A DNA stretch of 64,000 bases from Alphaproteobacteria bacterium. GTDB taxonomy: Bacteria > Pseudomonadota > Alphaproteobacteria > UBA8366 > GCA-2717185. How positions within the stretch are numbered: the first letter of the stretch is position 1; each line of letters starts with the position of its first letter. Location: positions 6,534-70,533 of the forward strand of contig JBBDQU010000040.1 in assembly GCA_040905865.1 (NCBI GenBank), in the 5' to 3' direction. Under the pieces are notes generated by a model. It saw only the letters and a program-made list of their open reading frames with translations, made no database searches and was not told the origin of the DNA. Of this stretch, positions 49,791 to 60,318 are shown in pieces. The translations under genes were made by a program, and so were the position numbers.

Positions 49791-52229
49791 TCAGAACGTC
49801 ACCGAGACTGTGCCCAGAACAGACAGAGGTTCGCCGGGATGGACGATTCCCCGGTCACTGGCGCGGACGAAATATTCCTTGTCCAGAATATTGTCGACGT
49901 TCAGACGGAAGCGCAGCAATTTGTACGTGTACTGTGCACCCAGATCCAGCACCGTGTAAGCGCCAAGTTTCACATCGGTATCGAACTGTGCGGTGTTTTC
50001 GCTCACATAACGCGCGCCGCCGCTCAGCGACAGACCGGCCAGGGGGGAGCCTTCCGGGAATGTGTATTTCAGCCACATCCGGGCCTTCTGCAACGGGACG
50101 TTTCCCAAGCGCTGCCCGATATTGGCGGTAACCTGCGGATTTTCGAGAACTTCGGTGTCGGTGTAGGAATAGAAGGCGGTCGCACTCAGATTCCGGGTCA
50201 ATTGTCCCGTTACGTCAAATTCGACACCACGGCTCTGCTGCTCCACATCGGGCAGAAACGCGGTCTGGCCCGTCGCATTGAAGAGCGCGATATCCTGCAC
50301 GGCGACATTCGCCTTGCGAATCTGATAGACGGAACCGGTAGTGATCAGTTGCCCGTCGAAGAATTCCGCCTTTACACCCGCTTCGTATTGTTCACCCGTT
50401 TCCGGCGCCAATGGCGTACCCGCGACATCCACCGTACCGGCCTGTTGGGGATTGAACGACTCGGTATAATTCGCAAAGACAGACAGGTTGCGATGCAGTT
50501 GGTACAGCGCCCCGACACGCCCTGTAAAATCAGTATCTGTCACTTCGGGCGCGTTGACCCCATCGGTTTTTTGCTTACTTTCCAGGGCGTCGAAGCGTCC
50601 GCCCATCAGCAGTTTCAATTTGCCGTCATCCAGAAGTGATACCTGATCCTGCACATACAGGGAGCCACGCTTGCTGCTGGCAATTCTCACCTGCTGGACC
50701 TGATTGGCAGGGGGATCGAAATTCACGTTCGGCGTGTTGGAAATCGCAACATTGGCGAGGTTCTGGCGGAACCGGCGAAAATCGGTGCGTGCGTAGGAAA
50801 GATCGACGCCGACAAGGACATTGTGATCGACGGCGCCGGTTTCGAATTTCGCCTTTACATCCGTAACAACCTGGTATTCGTCGTCCTTGCGCTCCTCGTT
50901 CTGATACCGCAGGCGAAGCACCTCCGCTCCTGCGGTTCCCGCAACGCCGCGCGGGCGGATCGATTCATTGTCCGCCCTTGCGAAATGAACAAGGAACTGG
51001 TGGCCGACGCTGAAGACGTCGTCAAATTCATGGTCCAGCCGATAGCTGGTCGCGTAATCCTCAATATCGCGCCCTTTCAGGTCAGGGTCGCCGAAAAACG
51101 TGTCATCGGATACGAGCTTTTCGTTGTTGAACCCGATCGGCACGCCGGTGTCATAGGGCTGTTTCTCACGCAGATAGGAGGTTTCAAACAGCAGTTCCGT
51201 ACCGGGGTGCGGTTTCCACAAGAGGCTTGGCGACAGGGAAACACGCTCCAATTCGATTTCATCGCGGAAGGAATCGCTATTGGTATATCCAAAATTGACG
51301 CGGTACATCAAAGCGCCATTTTCGGTGACCGGCCCGGTTGCATCCGCTGTCGAACGCAAATGGTTGTAGCTGCCCGCTTCCTGTTGCAGGACGTACTCGG
51401 CGACCGGTTTAGGCCGCTTGGTGACGTAGTTGACGATCCCGCCGGGATCCAGCGCGCCATACAGGATCGACGCCGGCCCTTTCAGAACCTCGACACGCTC
51501 CACGTTGCTCAGGTCAACCGCGCCGGCCAGGCTTGACCGCATACCGTTGCGGTACAGCAGGGGGGACTCAAATCCGCGGATGATCGGCAGTACTTCCGTC
51601 TGTGCATTCAGGGTGTTGCCGGCCTGATAGACTCCGCTGACATTTTCATAAACGTCCTTGAGGTTCTGCGCCCCCTGGTCCTCGATCAGGTCGCGCGGTA
51701 TGACCTGAACCGAAACCGGCGTTTCGGAAATCGGCGTGTCTGTCTTTGTCGCAGATGCGCTGCGCGATGCCGCATAACCGACCACCGGCCCATAGGCGGA
51801 TTCGTAGCGGCCTTCCACCGTAATCGGACCCAGCACCCTGGTGTCTTCTTCCATCCTGGCCAGGGTCACTGTATTTGTTCCCGTGAAACGGTAGGTCATT
51901 CCGGTATTGGCTAGCAGTTGGTTCAGCCCTTGCTGCGGCGTGAATCTGCCGTTCAATACGGCGCTGCGAAGCGACCCGACAAGCCCCACGTCATAGATCA
52001 GTTGCAGGCCCGCGCGTTCCGAAAATGCAAGCAGCGCCCCGTTTAACCCTTGGGCCGGAATATCGAATTCCATTTCGTTCTGCGTTACTGCCGCCGATGG
52101 CGCCTGCGCCCTTGCAAAATCCGGTTGAAACACGCTGCCGGTCAGCATGGCCGCGGTACCGATTGCCAGGCCCAGACGACTGCCGCGCGAGTGCGCCGCT
52201 GTACCGTGGTTCGTAAATTTCCCGTGCAT
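49791..52229 (-). CDS. TonB-dependent siderophore receptor/transducer with N-terminal STN signalling domain
   Basis: Signal peptide, FDIPAQ...LLANTG STN domain, SATKTDTPISETPVSVQV plug, ERVEVLKGPASILYG, C-terminal Phe. Confidence 0.95.
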   Translation of the reverse strand: MHGKFTNHGTAAHSRGSRLGLAIGTAAMLTGSVFQPDFARAQAPSAAVTQNEMEFDIPAQGLNGALLAFSERAGLQLIYDVGLVGSLRSAVLNGRFTPQQGLNQLLANTGMTYRFTGTNTVTLARMEEDTRVLGPITVEGRYESAYGPVVGYAASRSASATKTDTPISETPVSVQVIPRDLIEDQGAQNLKDVYENVSGVYQAGNTLNAQTEVLPIIRGFESPLLYRNGMRSSLAGAVDLSNVERVEVLKGPASILYGALDPGGIVNYVTKRPKPVAEYVLQQEAGSYNHLRSTADATGPVTENGALMYRVNFGYTNSDSFRDEIELERVSLSPSLLWKPHPGTELLFETSYLREKQPYDTGVPIGFNNEKLVSDDTFFGDPDLKGRDIEDYATSYRLDHEFDDVFSVGHQFLVHFARADNESIRPRGVAGTAGAEVLRLRYQNEERKDDEYQVVTDVKAKFETGAVDHNVLVGVDLSYARTDFRRFRQNLANVAISNTPNVNFDPPANQVQQVRIASSKRGSLYVQDQVSLLDDGKLKLLMGGRFDALESKQKTDGVNAPEVTDTDFTGRVGALYQLHRNLSVFANYTESFNPQQAGTVDVAGTPLAPETGEQYEAGVKAEFFDGQLITTGSVYQIRKANVAVQDIALFNATGQTAFLPDVEQQSRGVEFDVTGQLTRNLSATAFYSYTDTEVLENPQVTANIGQRLGNVPLQKARMWLKYTFPEGSPLAGLSLSGGARYVSENTAQFDTDVKLGAYTVLDLGAQYTYKLLRFRLNVDNILDKEYFVRASDRGIVHPGEPLSVLGTVSVTF

Positions 52230-52260
52230 CCCCCACCCCTTCAATTTGTGTGACGCATTT

Positions 52261-52279
52261 ATTGCGAATGCGTCTTAAA
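52261..52279. promoter_or_regulatory. Degenerate Fur-type box upstream of the receptor
   Basis: ATTGCGAATGCGTCTTAAA; left half matches the box upstream of the sigma gene. Confidence 0.5.
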
Positions 52280-52291
52280 ACGTTTCTATGT

Positions 52292-52324
52292 ATGGGACGG
52301 GATTGCAGCGGTAATCCAGTAACG
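52292..52324 (-). promoter_or_regulatory. Putative ECF-sigma promoter of the receptor gene
   Basis: CGTTAC-N18-CCGTCCCAT on the minus strand; same motif and spacing as upstream of fecR. Confidence 0.6.
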
Positions 52325-52434
52325 GGGCCGTGTTTGTTTTTTGAAAAACATTGCAGACGTCCGTTTTTGCCGTTCCCCGGTCAATTCCCAAGGCGGGCAT
52401 CAAGGGGCCGCCGCGCGGCTTCGCGGCTCCTGGT

Positions 52435-53502
52435 CTAATACAGCAGAGTTACGAAAGGGGGCACGGAAACGGCCCGGATATTGAGATTTCGGATGATTGT
52501 GGCGAGTGTCGTGTCGGGGTCGCCCGTTTCAAAAACACCGCTGACCTGGCGGGCGGCCAGTGCGGAATCGGTGATCACAATCAAACCACGACGATACCTG
52601 TTCAACGCCGTGACAACGTCGCCGAGTGAACGGTGATCGAAAATGATGCGGTTGCGCCGCCATGCCGTAACCTGATCGGGGTTGCCTGTTCGGATAGGGC
52701 CAAGTCCGGAATGTCCGTAGCGCACGGACTGTCCGGGCGATACGACTATGTGTTTCACGTCGCCCGTCTCCGTCGAAATCGCAACGTCTACGTCATGTTC
52801 CGCTACCGTCACTTCGACAGTATCGCCTGACAGGCGATCGACAACGAAACGGGTCCCCAGCGCCCGCGTCGTCCCGCCGGCGGCCTCGACAATAAAGGGA
52901 CGGGTCTCCCCGCCGGAAGTCGCCGGAGCCATGGGCGCGGCCAGAAAATATGCCTGACCGGACAGCAGCTTGATGCGGCGCTCATCCGCGGTGAAGGAAA
53001 CGGCAAACGCGCTGTCCGGGCCAAGTTCCACGGCGCTGCCGTCGGAAAGGTCGATGGACCGGTGCTCGCCGGGCCCGGTACGGTAATCGGCGAACAGCGA
53101 AAGTGCCGGGTTCCCTTGCCAGAATCCGGTGCCGCCAATCAGCAGCAGCAAACAGGCGGCGACTGCAGTGACCTGAAACCAGCCGCGGCGGCGGGTGCCA
53201 CCGGTTCCGGTGCGGAAAGCCGGAACCCGCGCGGGAGGTCGGCGCAGTGGAGGGATATCCTTCGCCAGTGCGCCGGGTGCCCGACGCAATGCACTCAACC
53301 TGTCCCAGATCCTGCGCGCTTCATCAAAGGCAGCGCCATGTGACGGGGATTCATCCAGCCAGTTTGCCAGTTCCCGCCGTTCGGTATCGCTCAACGGGTC
53401 GCCGCCAAGTCGGGCTGCCCATGCCGCAGCGATCCCGTCTGTGTCGTTTCGCTGGTACTGTGCACCGATCACTTTAGGATCCGATCCCTGGCCCGATATC
53501 AT
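52435..53502 (-). CDS. FecR family anti-sigma/sensor
   Basis: AAAWAARL...WL...H...F...W N-terminus, TM, TGPGE...LSDGS, ALGTRF, AWR, VSGVF. Confidence 0.95.
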   Translation of the reverse strand: MISGQGSDPKVIGAQYQRNDTDGIAAAWAARLGGDPLSDTERRELANWLDESPSHGAAFDEARRIWDRLSALRRAPGALAKDIPPLRRPPARVPAFRTGTGGTRRRGWFQVTAVAACLLLLIGGTGFWQGNPALSLFADYRTGPGEHRSIDLSDGSAVELGPDSAFAVSFTADERRIKLLSGQAYFLAAPMAPATSGGETRPFIVEAAGGTTRALGTRFVVDRLSGDTVEVTVAEHDVDVAISTETGDVKHIVVSPGQSVRYGHSGLGPIRTGNPDQVTAWRRNRIIFDHRSLGDVVTALNRYRRGLIVITDSALAARQVSGVFETGDPDTTLATIIRNLNIRAVSVPPFVTLLY

Positions 53503-53536
53503 GGGAGGTTCCGCTGACCTGTAATCCCGGTATGGA

Positions 53537-53569
53537 ATAGGACGGAAAGGTGGCGGCGATTCGGTAACG
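53537..53569 (-). promoter_or_regulatory. Putative ECF-sigma promoter of fecR
   Basis: CGTTAC-N18-CCGTCCTAT on the minus strand. Confidence 0.6.
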
Positions 53570-53593
53570 ATTCCACAAGATAGTTTAAAATAA

Positions 53594-54103
53594 TCACGGC
53601 GTGCGCATCCGTTGCATGACGTGTTTTACCGCCTTTGCCAAATGCTTCTGTACCGAACTGTCTGAGATTTCGAGCCGAACCGCTACCGCCCGATAGGTCA
53701 GCCCTTCTATCCGGGCTAGCGCAAAAACCTGCCTTGTCCGCTCGGGCAATTCCAGCAGGGCGGCTCGCAATCGGTCCAGTTCGTCCTGTCCGCCGATGGT
53801 TTGCTCGGCGGAAGGTCTGTCATCCCGAATTCCATCCAGTACGTCAGCCGCTACCGGATCCGTCTCCTCATGCGATTCCCGGCGCAGATGATCGATGGCG
53901 AGGTTATGTGCCGTGCGATAGAGATAGGACCGGTGATGGACGATAACGGTCGCCGGATGGCCCCGGCTGTACTCCGAAAATCGTAAAAATGTTTCCTGCG
54001 TCAAGTCGGCTGCGACCTCCGCATTCCGCAACTTGCCCATCAGGTATGCCTGCAACTCTCGCCGATGTGCGAGAAACAATGCCTTGATGTCTATGCTCGA
54101 CAA
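53594..54103 (-). CDS. FecI-like ECF RNA polymerase sigma factor
   Basis: AADLTQETFLR, YLYRTAHNLAIDHLR, LPERTRQVF...GLTY...VQKHL. Start TTG 54103 or ATG 54151. Confidence 0.95.
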   Translation of the reverse strand: MSSIDIKALFLAHRRELQAYLMGKLRNAEVAADLTQETFLRFSEYSRGHPATVIVHHRSYLYRTAHNLAIDHLRRESHEETDPVAADVLDGIRDDRPSAEQTIGGQDELDRLRAALLELPERTRQVFALARIEGLTYRAVAVRLEISDSSVQKHLAKAVKHVMQRMRTP

Positions 54104-54158
54104 TGAAGAGGTCCGGTACACGTTTGCACATTCTGACAGGACGCCGACCATAGTTTAT

Positions 54159-54175
54159 TTGCGAACCATTCGCAA
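54159..54175. promoter_or_regulatory. Fur-type box upstream of the ECF sigma gene
   Basis: Near-perfect palindrome TTGCGAAC-C-ATTCGCAA in AT-rich flanks. Confidence 0.75.
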
Positions 54176-54231
54176 TAATGAACCGCGCTCGCGTCGTAAA
54201 TCCGCAAACCGCCCGGCGCCGAAGCGGGCCC

Positions 54232-55092
54232 TCAGTGACTCGGCTTCGTCACAAACGGCGTCAGTTGCAACTCGTGCGTCCAGCAACTGCGGTCCTGGGT
54301 GTGCAGGTAGTAGAACGCCTCGGCGATCTTGACCGGGTTCATCACGATGTCGGGATTGGCCTGCGCCTTGGGCAGCGCCCGCGTGCCGGGCGAGTCGATC
54401 GTGCCGTCGATCACGATATTGGCGACATGTATGCCGTGTTCGGAATATTCCTCGGTCAGCACCTGCGCCAGCGTGCGCATCATCACGCGCGGGTAGTACA
54501 GCGACTCGCCGGTGTTGCGCTTCGTGCCGCGCAGCGACTTTGAATTGTTGGAAAACAGGAACGTGCCCGCGCCCTTCCTGCGCATGGCGGGCAGCACCTC
54601 CTTCGCCACCAGGAACGGCCCCCGGCTGGCGATGTGCTGGGCGGTGTCGAACATTTCCACCGGGATGTGCTCCAGCAGTTCCTTTTCTTTCGGCAGGTCG
54701 CGCCCCTCCAGGTAACCGGCGTTATAGACCAGCACGTCGGGGTCGCCAGCCTCGGCGCGGATCGTGGCGAAGGCGTCCCTGACCGACGCGTCGGACGCGA
54801 GATCCAGCTCCACGATCAGGCAGTCCCCGCCCTGCGCGCGGATCGCCTCCGCCAGCGCCGCGGCATTGGCCGCCCTGCGCGTCGTCAGCACGGTGAAGAA
54901 GCCCTCGCCTGCAAACTTCTGCGCGATGGCGCCGCCGATTCCCCAGCGGATGCCGACCGGCAGGGCGCTGTCGTCGAGGTCATGGCCATGCGCCAGTTTC
55001 GTGTTACGCCCGTCGGACTGCCACTTGGAGGTGGCGCCGATCACCACCGCGACCGGCTTGCCCGTCGCGTTCGCCCTGCTGCTGTCGTTCAC
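54232..55092 (-). CDS. Atypical SDR family oxidoreductase
   Basis: VAVVIGA...WGIGGAIA, LVYNAG, GIHVANIVIDGTID, WTHELQLTP. Confidence 0.88.
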   Translation of the reverse strand: MNDSSRANATGKPVAVVIGATSKWQSDGRNTKLAHGHDLDDSALPVGIRWGIGGAIAQKFAGEGFFTVLTTRRAANAAALAEAIRAQGGDCLIVELDLASDASVRDAFATIRAEAGDPDVLVYNAGYLEGRDLPKEKELLEHIPVEMFDTAQHIASRGPFLVAKEVLPAMRRKGAGTFLFSNNSKSLRGTKRNTGESLYYPRVMMRTLAQVLTEEYSEHGIHVANIVIDGTIDSPGTRALPKAQANPDIVMNPVKIAEAFYYLHTQDRSCWTHELQLTPFVTKPSH

Positions 55093-55308
55093 CGGAAACT
55101 CCCTGTCTTTACTGTTGATGCGGAATTGTTCACGGCGCGCCTATCGGGCCGTCCGCCTGGCGGGTATCCCGACCGGATTGCGTTCCGGCAGCATGCCATC
55201 CTTCCCATTGCCGCGGAAGCCCACCGCGTAGCGTCAACCGGTCGCCCGCGGCCCGGCCGAAGGGCTACCACAGGTTGCCTGAACCGCGTTGCGGCTTATC
55301 TAACTGGT

Positions 55309-56811
55309 ATGTCCATAATGACCGGTATCGCCTTTCGGCGCCTGACGGCAGGGCTGTTTCTTGTCATGGGAATGGCCGGCCTTGTCTGGGGCCAGACCTC
55401 CCCGGACGGATCGAGCGCCCAACGGGTTGCCCTGCTCGCCGCGGTAGAGGGGCCTATCGGCCCCGCCACCTTGCGCCATGTCGAGCGGGTTGTCGACATC
55501 GCGCGGGAACGCGAGGCGGCCGTCCTGATTCTGCGGCTGGATACGCCCGGCGGTCTGGCCACCAGCATGCGCGAAGTTATCTCCGCTATCCTTGCTTCTA
55601 CCGTGCCGGTGGCCGGATATGTGGCGCCGTCGGGCGCGCACGCGGCAAGCGCCGGCACCTATATCCTCTATGCGACGCATATTGCGGCGATGGCGCCCGG
55701 GACCAATCTTGGCGCGGCGACGCCGGTACAGATTGGCGGCGGCGGTCTGCCCGGCCTACCTTCCGATCCGCCGCGCGAGAACGGCGAAACGGAGAAGGGT
55801 TCCGAATCCGGCGACACGGGGCAGGGTTCCGAATCCGGCGACAAGGGCCCGAAAGACCCGGCGCCGGCCGGCGGGACCATGTCGAGGAAGGCGGTCAATG
55901 ACGCCGTTGCCTTCATCCGCAGCCTCGCCCACATGCACGGCCGCAACGCGGAATGGGCCGAGGAAGCGGTGCGCGAAGCGGCAAGCCTGTCGGCCATTGA
56001 GGCGCGGGACAGGAATGTCGTCGATATCGTCGCGCCGGATACCGCCGCGCTGCTGGATGCGATGGACGGCCGTACCGTCACCGCCGGCGGCAGGGAGGTG
56101 ACGCTGGCGACCCGGGATCTGACCGTCGAGCACATCGACCAGGACTTCGTCACAGAGGCGCTGTCCATCCTGACGAATCCGAATGTCGCCATGATACTGA
56201 TGCTGATCGGCGTCTACGGGATCATCTTCGAGTTCATCAATCCCGGCAGTATCGGGCCGGGTGTGGCGGGCGCGATCTGCCTGGTGCTTGGCCTGTACTC
56301 GCTGAACCAGCTGCCGCTCAACTATGCCGGGCTGGCGCTGGTTATTCTTGGTATCGTCTTCATGCTTGCGGAGGCCTTTACCCCCACCTTCGGGGTGCTG
56401 GGCGCCGGCGGGCTCGCCGCCTTCGTGATCGGCGCCGCGATGCTGGTCGATACCGACGTGCCGGCGTTCCAGCTGTCCTGGTGGATGATCGGGATCATGG
56501 GCGCGCTCAGCGCCGCCTTCCTGATCTTTATCGTCGGTTATATGTGGAAGGTCTATCGCCGACCCGGCCGGCGCGATGCGCCGAAGATGGTCGGCGTCGA
56601 AGGCGAGGTTCTCGACTGGGCCGGTGGTGAAGGCCATGTCTGGGCGCATGGCGAGCGCTGGTCCGCGCGTGGCGCCGTCGCGGAATCCGGAAGCGGGGCG
56701 ATACGCGTTGTCGATATGGACGGGCTTACCCTGATCGTCGAGCCTGTCGACAAGGATGGCGCCGCCGCCGGAACATCAAATGAAGGCGCTCTGCCGAACA
56801 AGGGAGACTAA
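55309..56811 (+). CDS. NfeD family membrane-bound serine protease (long form)
   Basis: LDTPGG, AASAG, GAATPV, K-x-x-NDA, GRNAEWA, TM block, C-terminal GERWSA OB-fold. Confidence 0.93.
   Translation: MSIMTGIAFRRLTAGLFLVMGMAGLVWGQTSPDGSSAQRVALLAAVEGPIGPATLRHVERVVDIAREREAAVLILRLDTPGGLATSMREVISAILASTVPVAGYVAPSGAHAASAGTYILYATHIAAMAPGTNLGAATPVQIGGGGLPGLPSDPPRENGETEKGSESGDTGQGSESGDKGPKDPAPAGGTMSRKAVNDAVAFIRSLAHMHGRNAEWAEEAVREAASLSAIEARDRNVVDIVAPDTAALLDAMDGRTVTAGGREVTLATRDLTVEHIDQDFVTEALSILTNPNVAMILMLIGVYGIIFEFINPGSIGPGVAGAICLVLGLYSLNQLPLNYAGLALVILGIVFMLAEAFTPTFGVLGAGGLAAFVIGAAMLVDTDVPAFQLSWWMIGIMGALSAAFLIFIVGYMWKVYRRPGRRDAPKMVGVEGEVLDWAGGEGHVWAHGERWSARGAVAESGSGAIRVVDMDGLTLIVEPVDKDGAAAGTSNEGALPNKGD
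55796..55843 (+). repeat. In-frame 27-bp-period tandem duplication in the nfeD linker
   Basis: AGGGTTCCGAATCCGGCGACA at 55796-55816 and 55823-55843 (GSESGD twice). Confidence 0.9.
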
Positions 56812-56813
56812 CC

Positions 56814-57578
56814 ATGTTTTTCGATTCAATAGCCTATGTCGCCATTCTCGCTCTGGTCATCGGGTTCCTTGTCCTCGCGATCCGGATTTTTCGCGAGTAC
56901 GAGCGCGGCGTCGTATTCACGCTCGGCCGTTATACCAAGGTAGCCGGGCCCGGCTTCGTCATGATCATTCCCTTCATCCAGCAGGTCGTGCGCACCGACC
57001 TGCGCACCTTTGTCGAGGACGTACCCACCCAGGACGTCATCTCGCGCGACAACGTGTCGGTGAAAGTGAATGCCGTGATCTATTACCGGGTCGTCGACGC
57101 GGAGCACGCCATCGTCAACGTGGAAAATTTCCGCGACGCGACCAGCCAGCTGGCGCAGACGACGCTGCGTTCCGTGCTGGGCAAGCACGAACTGGACGAG
57201 ATGCTGGCCGAGCGCGACAAACTGAACGCGGACATCCAGGAAATCCTCGACCGCCAGACGGACGCCTGGGGCATCAAGGTCGCCAATGTGGAAATCAAGC
57301 ATGTCGATCTGGACGACAGCATGATCCGGGCCATCGCCCGCCAGGCGGAGGCGGAACGCGACCGTCGCGCCCGCATCATCAACGCCGAGGGCGAGCAGCA
57401 GGCGGCGCAGAAACTGGTTGAGGCCGGCGAACTCCTGATGAAGGAGCCCGGCGCGATGCAATTGCGTTTCTATGCGGCGCTACAGGACGTTTCCGCCAAC
57501 GCCGCGTCGACCGTTGTCATTCCCTTCCCCGCCAGTCTGCTGCCGGTGGGCACCCCGCGCGATACGAAGTCAGGGTGA
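56814..57578 (+). CDS. Slipin/stomatin SPFH domain protein
   Basis: [42 protein letters not shown]. Confidence 0.96.
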   Translation: MFFDSIAYVAILALVIGFLVLAIRIFREYERGVVFTLGRYTKVAGPGFVMIIPFIQQVVRTDLRTFVEDVPTQDVISRDNVSVKVNAVIYYRVVDAEHAIVNVENFRDATSQLAQTTLRSVLGKHELDEMLAERDKLNADIQEILDRQTDAWGIKVANVEIKHVDLDDSMIRAIARQAEAERDRRARIINAEGEQQAAQKLVEAGELLMKEPGAMQLRFYAALQDVSANAASTVVIPFPASLLPVGTPRDTKSG

Positions 57579-57582
57579 TGTA

Positions 57583-59016
57583 TCAAAGTGCCGGCCGGTT
57601 CCGGATGTCCTCGGCGATTTTTCGCTTGAGCAGCCTGCCGTCCTTCACATCGCCGTGGAAGGCGCCGTCTTCCATCATCACCTTGCCGCGCAGGATTGTC
57701 AGGCTTGGCCAGACCTCCGCTTCGTAGCCCTCCCAGGGCGTGTAATCGGTCTCGTGCAGCCGGGCGGCGGTGACGGTGCGCCGCGCCGCCGGGTCCAGCA
57801 CCGTGATATCCGCGTCGCTGCCCGCCGCCAGCACGCCCTTCTTCGGGTACAGGCCCATCAGTTTCGCCGCGTTGGTCGAGACCATGTCGGTGAACTTGCG
57901 CAGGCTGTAGCCGCGTTTCGTCACCATTTCCGTATACATCACCGAAACCCGCGGCTCGCAGCCCGCATTGCCGCCGGTGACATCGTCGATGCGATGCCCC
58001 TGGGTCTTGGTCGACAGGGTGCAGCAGATTTCATCGGTGGCGATCGTGCTGATCGACCCGTTGAGTTGCCCGCGCCACAGCGCTTCCTGGTCCGAAGTTT
58101 CCTTCAGGCTGGGATAGGTGTGATAGATCTGGCCGTTGGGCCGTTTGTAATGGTCATGGGTGAACATCAGGTACTGGTGGAGGGTTTCGCCATAGATCGG
58201 GAATCCCCTGGCGCGGGACGATTCAATGGCGGCAACGCCGGTGGCGGCGGAAACATGCATCATGTACAGCGGCGTGCCGTCGACATGCTCCGCCAGCCGG
58301 ATGATGCGGCGGAAGGACAGATCCTCCGACATCGAATTATGCACTTCCGCCATGTTCTCGAAGCCGGTGCGGCCTTCCCGCGTCAGCACGTCATACATAT
58401 GCATGACGATCTCGTCGTCCTCGGCATGGATGGCGCCGATGCCGCCCTCGCGTTTCAGCACCTTGAAGATTTCCCAGATATGGCCGTGGGTGATCTTGCG
58501 GCCCCGGCGGGACGGGGTGATGTCGGTGGTGAATATCTTGATCGAGGGGTAGCCGTCCTGGATCGCCTCGCCGACCTGCGGCAGGATCTCCGGCGGGATC
58601 GCGCCCTGCAGCATGACGTGGTAGCCGTAATCGGCATAACACTTGCCGGACCAGTCCTGCTTGCGGATGTTGATCGCCTCCTCGACCGTCTGGCCGGGCT
58701 GCCAGGTGGCGAAGTCAAGCAGGGTCGTGGTGCCGCCGTGGATGGCGGCGCGGCTCACCACGTCGGGGCCGTCGGTCAGTCCGGCCACGCCGCCTTCGCC
58801 AACCGCCGGGATATGCCACAGCGAATGGATATGCGGGTCGATGCCGCCGGGAATGACTATCTTCCCGGTGGCGTCAATTACACGCCCCGCCTGGCTGTCA
58901 TCGAAGGCGCCGGGCGCGGCGATCGCGGCGATGGTCTCGCCGGCGATGCAGATATCCCACCGCCCCGTTCCTTCGGACGTGACCACCCGGTCGCCGCGAA
59001 CGATCAGGTCAAACAT
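57583..59016 (-). CDS. Cyclic amidohydrolase (dihydropyrimidinase/hydantoinase-like)
   Basis: PGGIDPHIH, GGTTT, SIKIF (carbamylated Lys), IHAED, MHVS, ATDE, GSDADI. Confidence 0.9.
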   Translation of the reverse strand: MFDLIVRGDRVVTSEGTGRWDICIAGETIAAIAAPGAFDDSQAGRVIDATGKIVIPGGIDPHIHSLWHIPAVGEGGVAGLTDGPDVVSRAAIHGGTTTLLDFATWQPGQTVEEAINIRKQDWSGKCYADYGYHVMLQGAIPPEILPQVGEAIQDGYPSIKIFTTDITPSRRGRKITHGHIWEIFKVLKREGGIGAIHAEDDEIVMHMYDVLTREGRTGFENMAEVHNSMSEDLSFRRIIRLAEHVDGTPLYMMHVSAATGVAAIESSRARGFPIYGETLHQYLMFTHDHYKRPNGQIYHTYPSLKETSDQEALWRGQLNGSISTIATDEICCTLSTKTQGHRIDDVTGGNAGCEPRVSVMYTEMVTKRGYSLRKFTDMVSTNAAKLMGLYPKKGVLAAGSDADITVLDPAARRTVTAARLHETDYTPWEGYEAEVWPSLTILRGKVMMEDGAFHGDVKDGRLLKRKIAEDIRNRPAL

Positions 59017-59054
59017 GATGTATCCCCCCTGTGCGCCGCGCCGCCGCCCGATTT

Positions 59055-59378
59055 CTATTCGGCGGCGAGGGCCTGTCTGCGGAAGCGCGGATGGGCCGGG
59101 CCGGCATATTCGACCCGCATCCCTTCCTCCGCATCGGCCTCCGCGATCACCTTGCCCAGCGCGGCATAAAGCGCCTTTGCGGAATCGAGGCTCAGTTCCA
59201 CCGCCGCCCGCGCGCCGGGGTCCATGTCCCGGTTGGTGAAGTCGAGGAGAACCGCGTCCTCATCCAGCGCGCGTTGCGGGTGGTCATAGGCGACGACCGA
59301 ATGGGTCAGCCTGAACCAGCCGTCCCGGTCGCGGGCCGCGCCCTCCGCTTCGGCGATTTCAACGATAGAGGTGCACAT
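59055..59378 (-). CDS. DUF6295 family protein
   Basis: MCTSIV...GWF...YDHP...LDF...ARAAVELS...A pattern; GGAGG RBS. Confidence 0.78.
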   Translation of the reverse strand: MCTSIVEIAEAEGAARDRDGWFRLTHSVVAYDHPQRALDEDAVLLDFTNRDMDPGARAAVELSLDSAKALYAALGKVIAEADAEEGMRVEYAGPAHPRFRRQALAAE

Positions 59379-59390
59379 GAACCGACCCTC

Positions 59391-60134
59391 CTATTTCAGG
59401 TGCTTGCCGAAGAAGGCGAAGATCTTTTCCCAGCCATCCAGCGCCTGCTCCACGCGGTACAGGGGACGGTGGTAGTAGAAGAAACCGTGCCCGGCGCCGT
59501 CATAGCGGTGGAATTCGTAATCCTTGCCGTGCTTCTTCAACTCGGCTTCATGCAGGTCGACCTGTTCCGGGCTCGGCGCGCGGTCGTCATTACCGAACAG
59601 CCCCAGGATCGGGCAGGACAGGTCCTTCGTCATGTCGAGCGGCTGCACCGGCTGTTTCTCCGGCCGGTCGTCTTCCGCCTGCACCACGCGGCCGCCCCAT
59701 TGTTCGACGACGGCATCGATGCTTTTCGTGTTGCAGGCATACATGAAGGCCTGCCGCCCGCCGGAACAGCTGCCGATCACGCCGACCTTGCCATTGCTGT
59801 AGGGCTGCGCCTTGATCCACTGCACGGCGGCTTCGGTATCGGCGATCACCTGGCTGTCGGCGACGCCGCCTTCGGCCCGCGCCTTGGCGGCGACATCGTC
59901 CGCATCGCCCTGGCCGACGCGCTCATACAGGTTGTGGCTGATCGCGGCATAGCCGTGATGGGCAAACTTGCGGGTCTGTTCGCGGTAGAATTCGCCCCAG
60001 CCCGGCAGGTGATGGATCAGTACGACGCAGGGAAACGGCCCCGGGCCCATGGGCCGCGCCGTATAGGCCGAGACCGGATCGTTATTGTCGCCCCGGATGG
60101 TGATCATCTCGCAGATCATGCTTTCATACGCCAT
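59391..60134 (-). CDS. Dienelactone hydrolase family protein
   Basis: GSCSGG nucleophile Cys, FGNDD, YDGAGHGF. Confidence 0.93.
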   Translation of the reverse strand: MAYESMICEMITIRGDNNDPVSAYTARPMGPGPFPCVVLIHHLPGWGEFYREQTRKFAHHGYAAISHNLYERVGQGDADDVAAKARAEGGVADSQVIADTEAAVQWIKAQPYSNGKVGVIGSCSGGRQAFMYACNTKSIDAVVEQWGGRVVQAEDDRPEKQPVQPLDMTKDLSCPILGLFGNDDRAPSPEQVDLHEAELKKHGKDYEFHRYDGAGHGFFYYHRPLYRVEQALDGWEKIFAFFGKHLK

Positions 60135-60318
60135 TTTTCATTTCCTCCCCTGGAGTGGATTATGTGGGCGCCGCCGCCCCTTCGGGACGCGCGCATGACG
60201 AAAGACTAGCACAACAGCGCCCGCGGCAAAGCCTCTTGCATCACGGCGTTCCGTGGCAAGGGTTTCGGACGTTTTTGTATCGCTGACCGGTCCCGTTGAG
60301 GTTGGGGTTACCGGAATG

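Noticed and set aside
54634..55308. N-terminal 225 aa of the 725-aa NfeD ORF
   Set aside because: Antisense to the SDR gene; the signal-peptide-like start is at 55309/55318.
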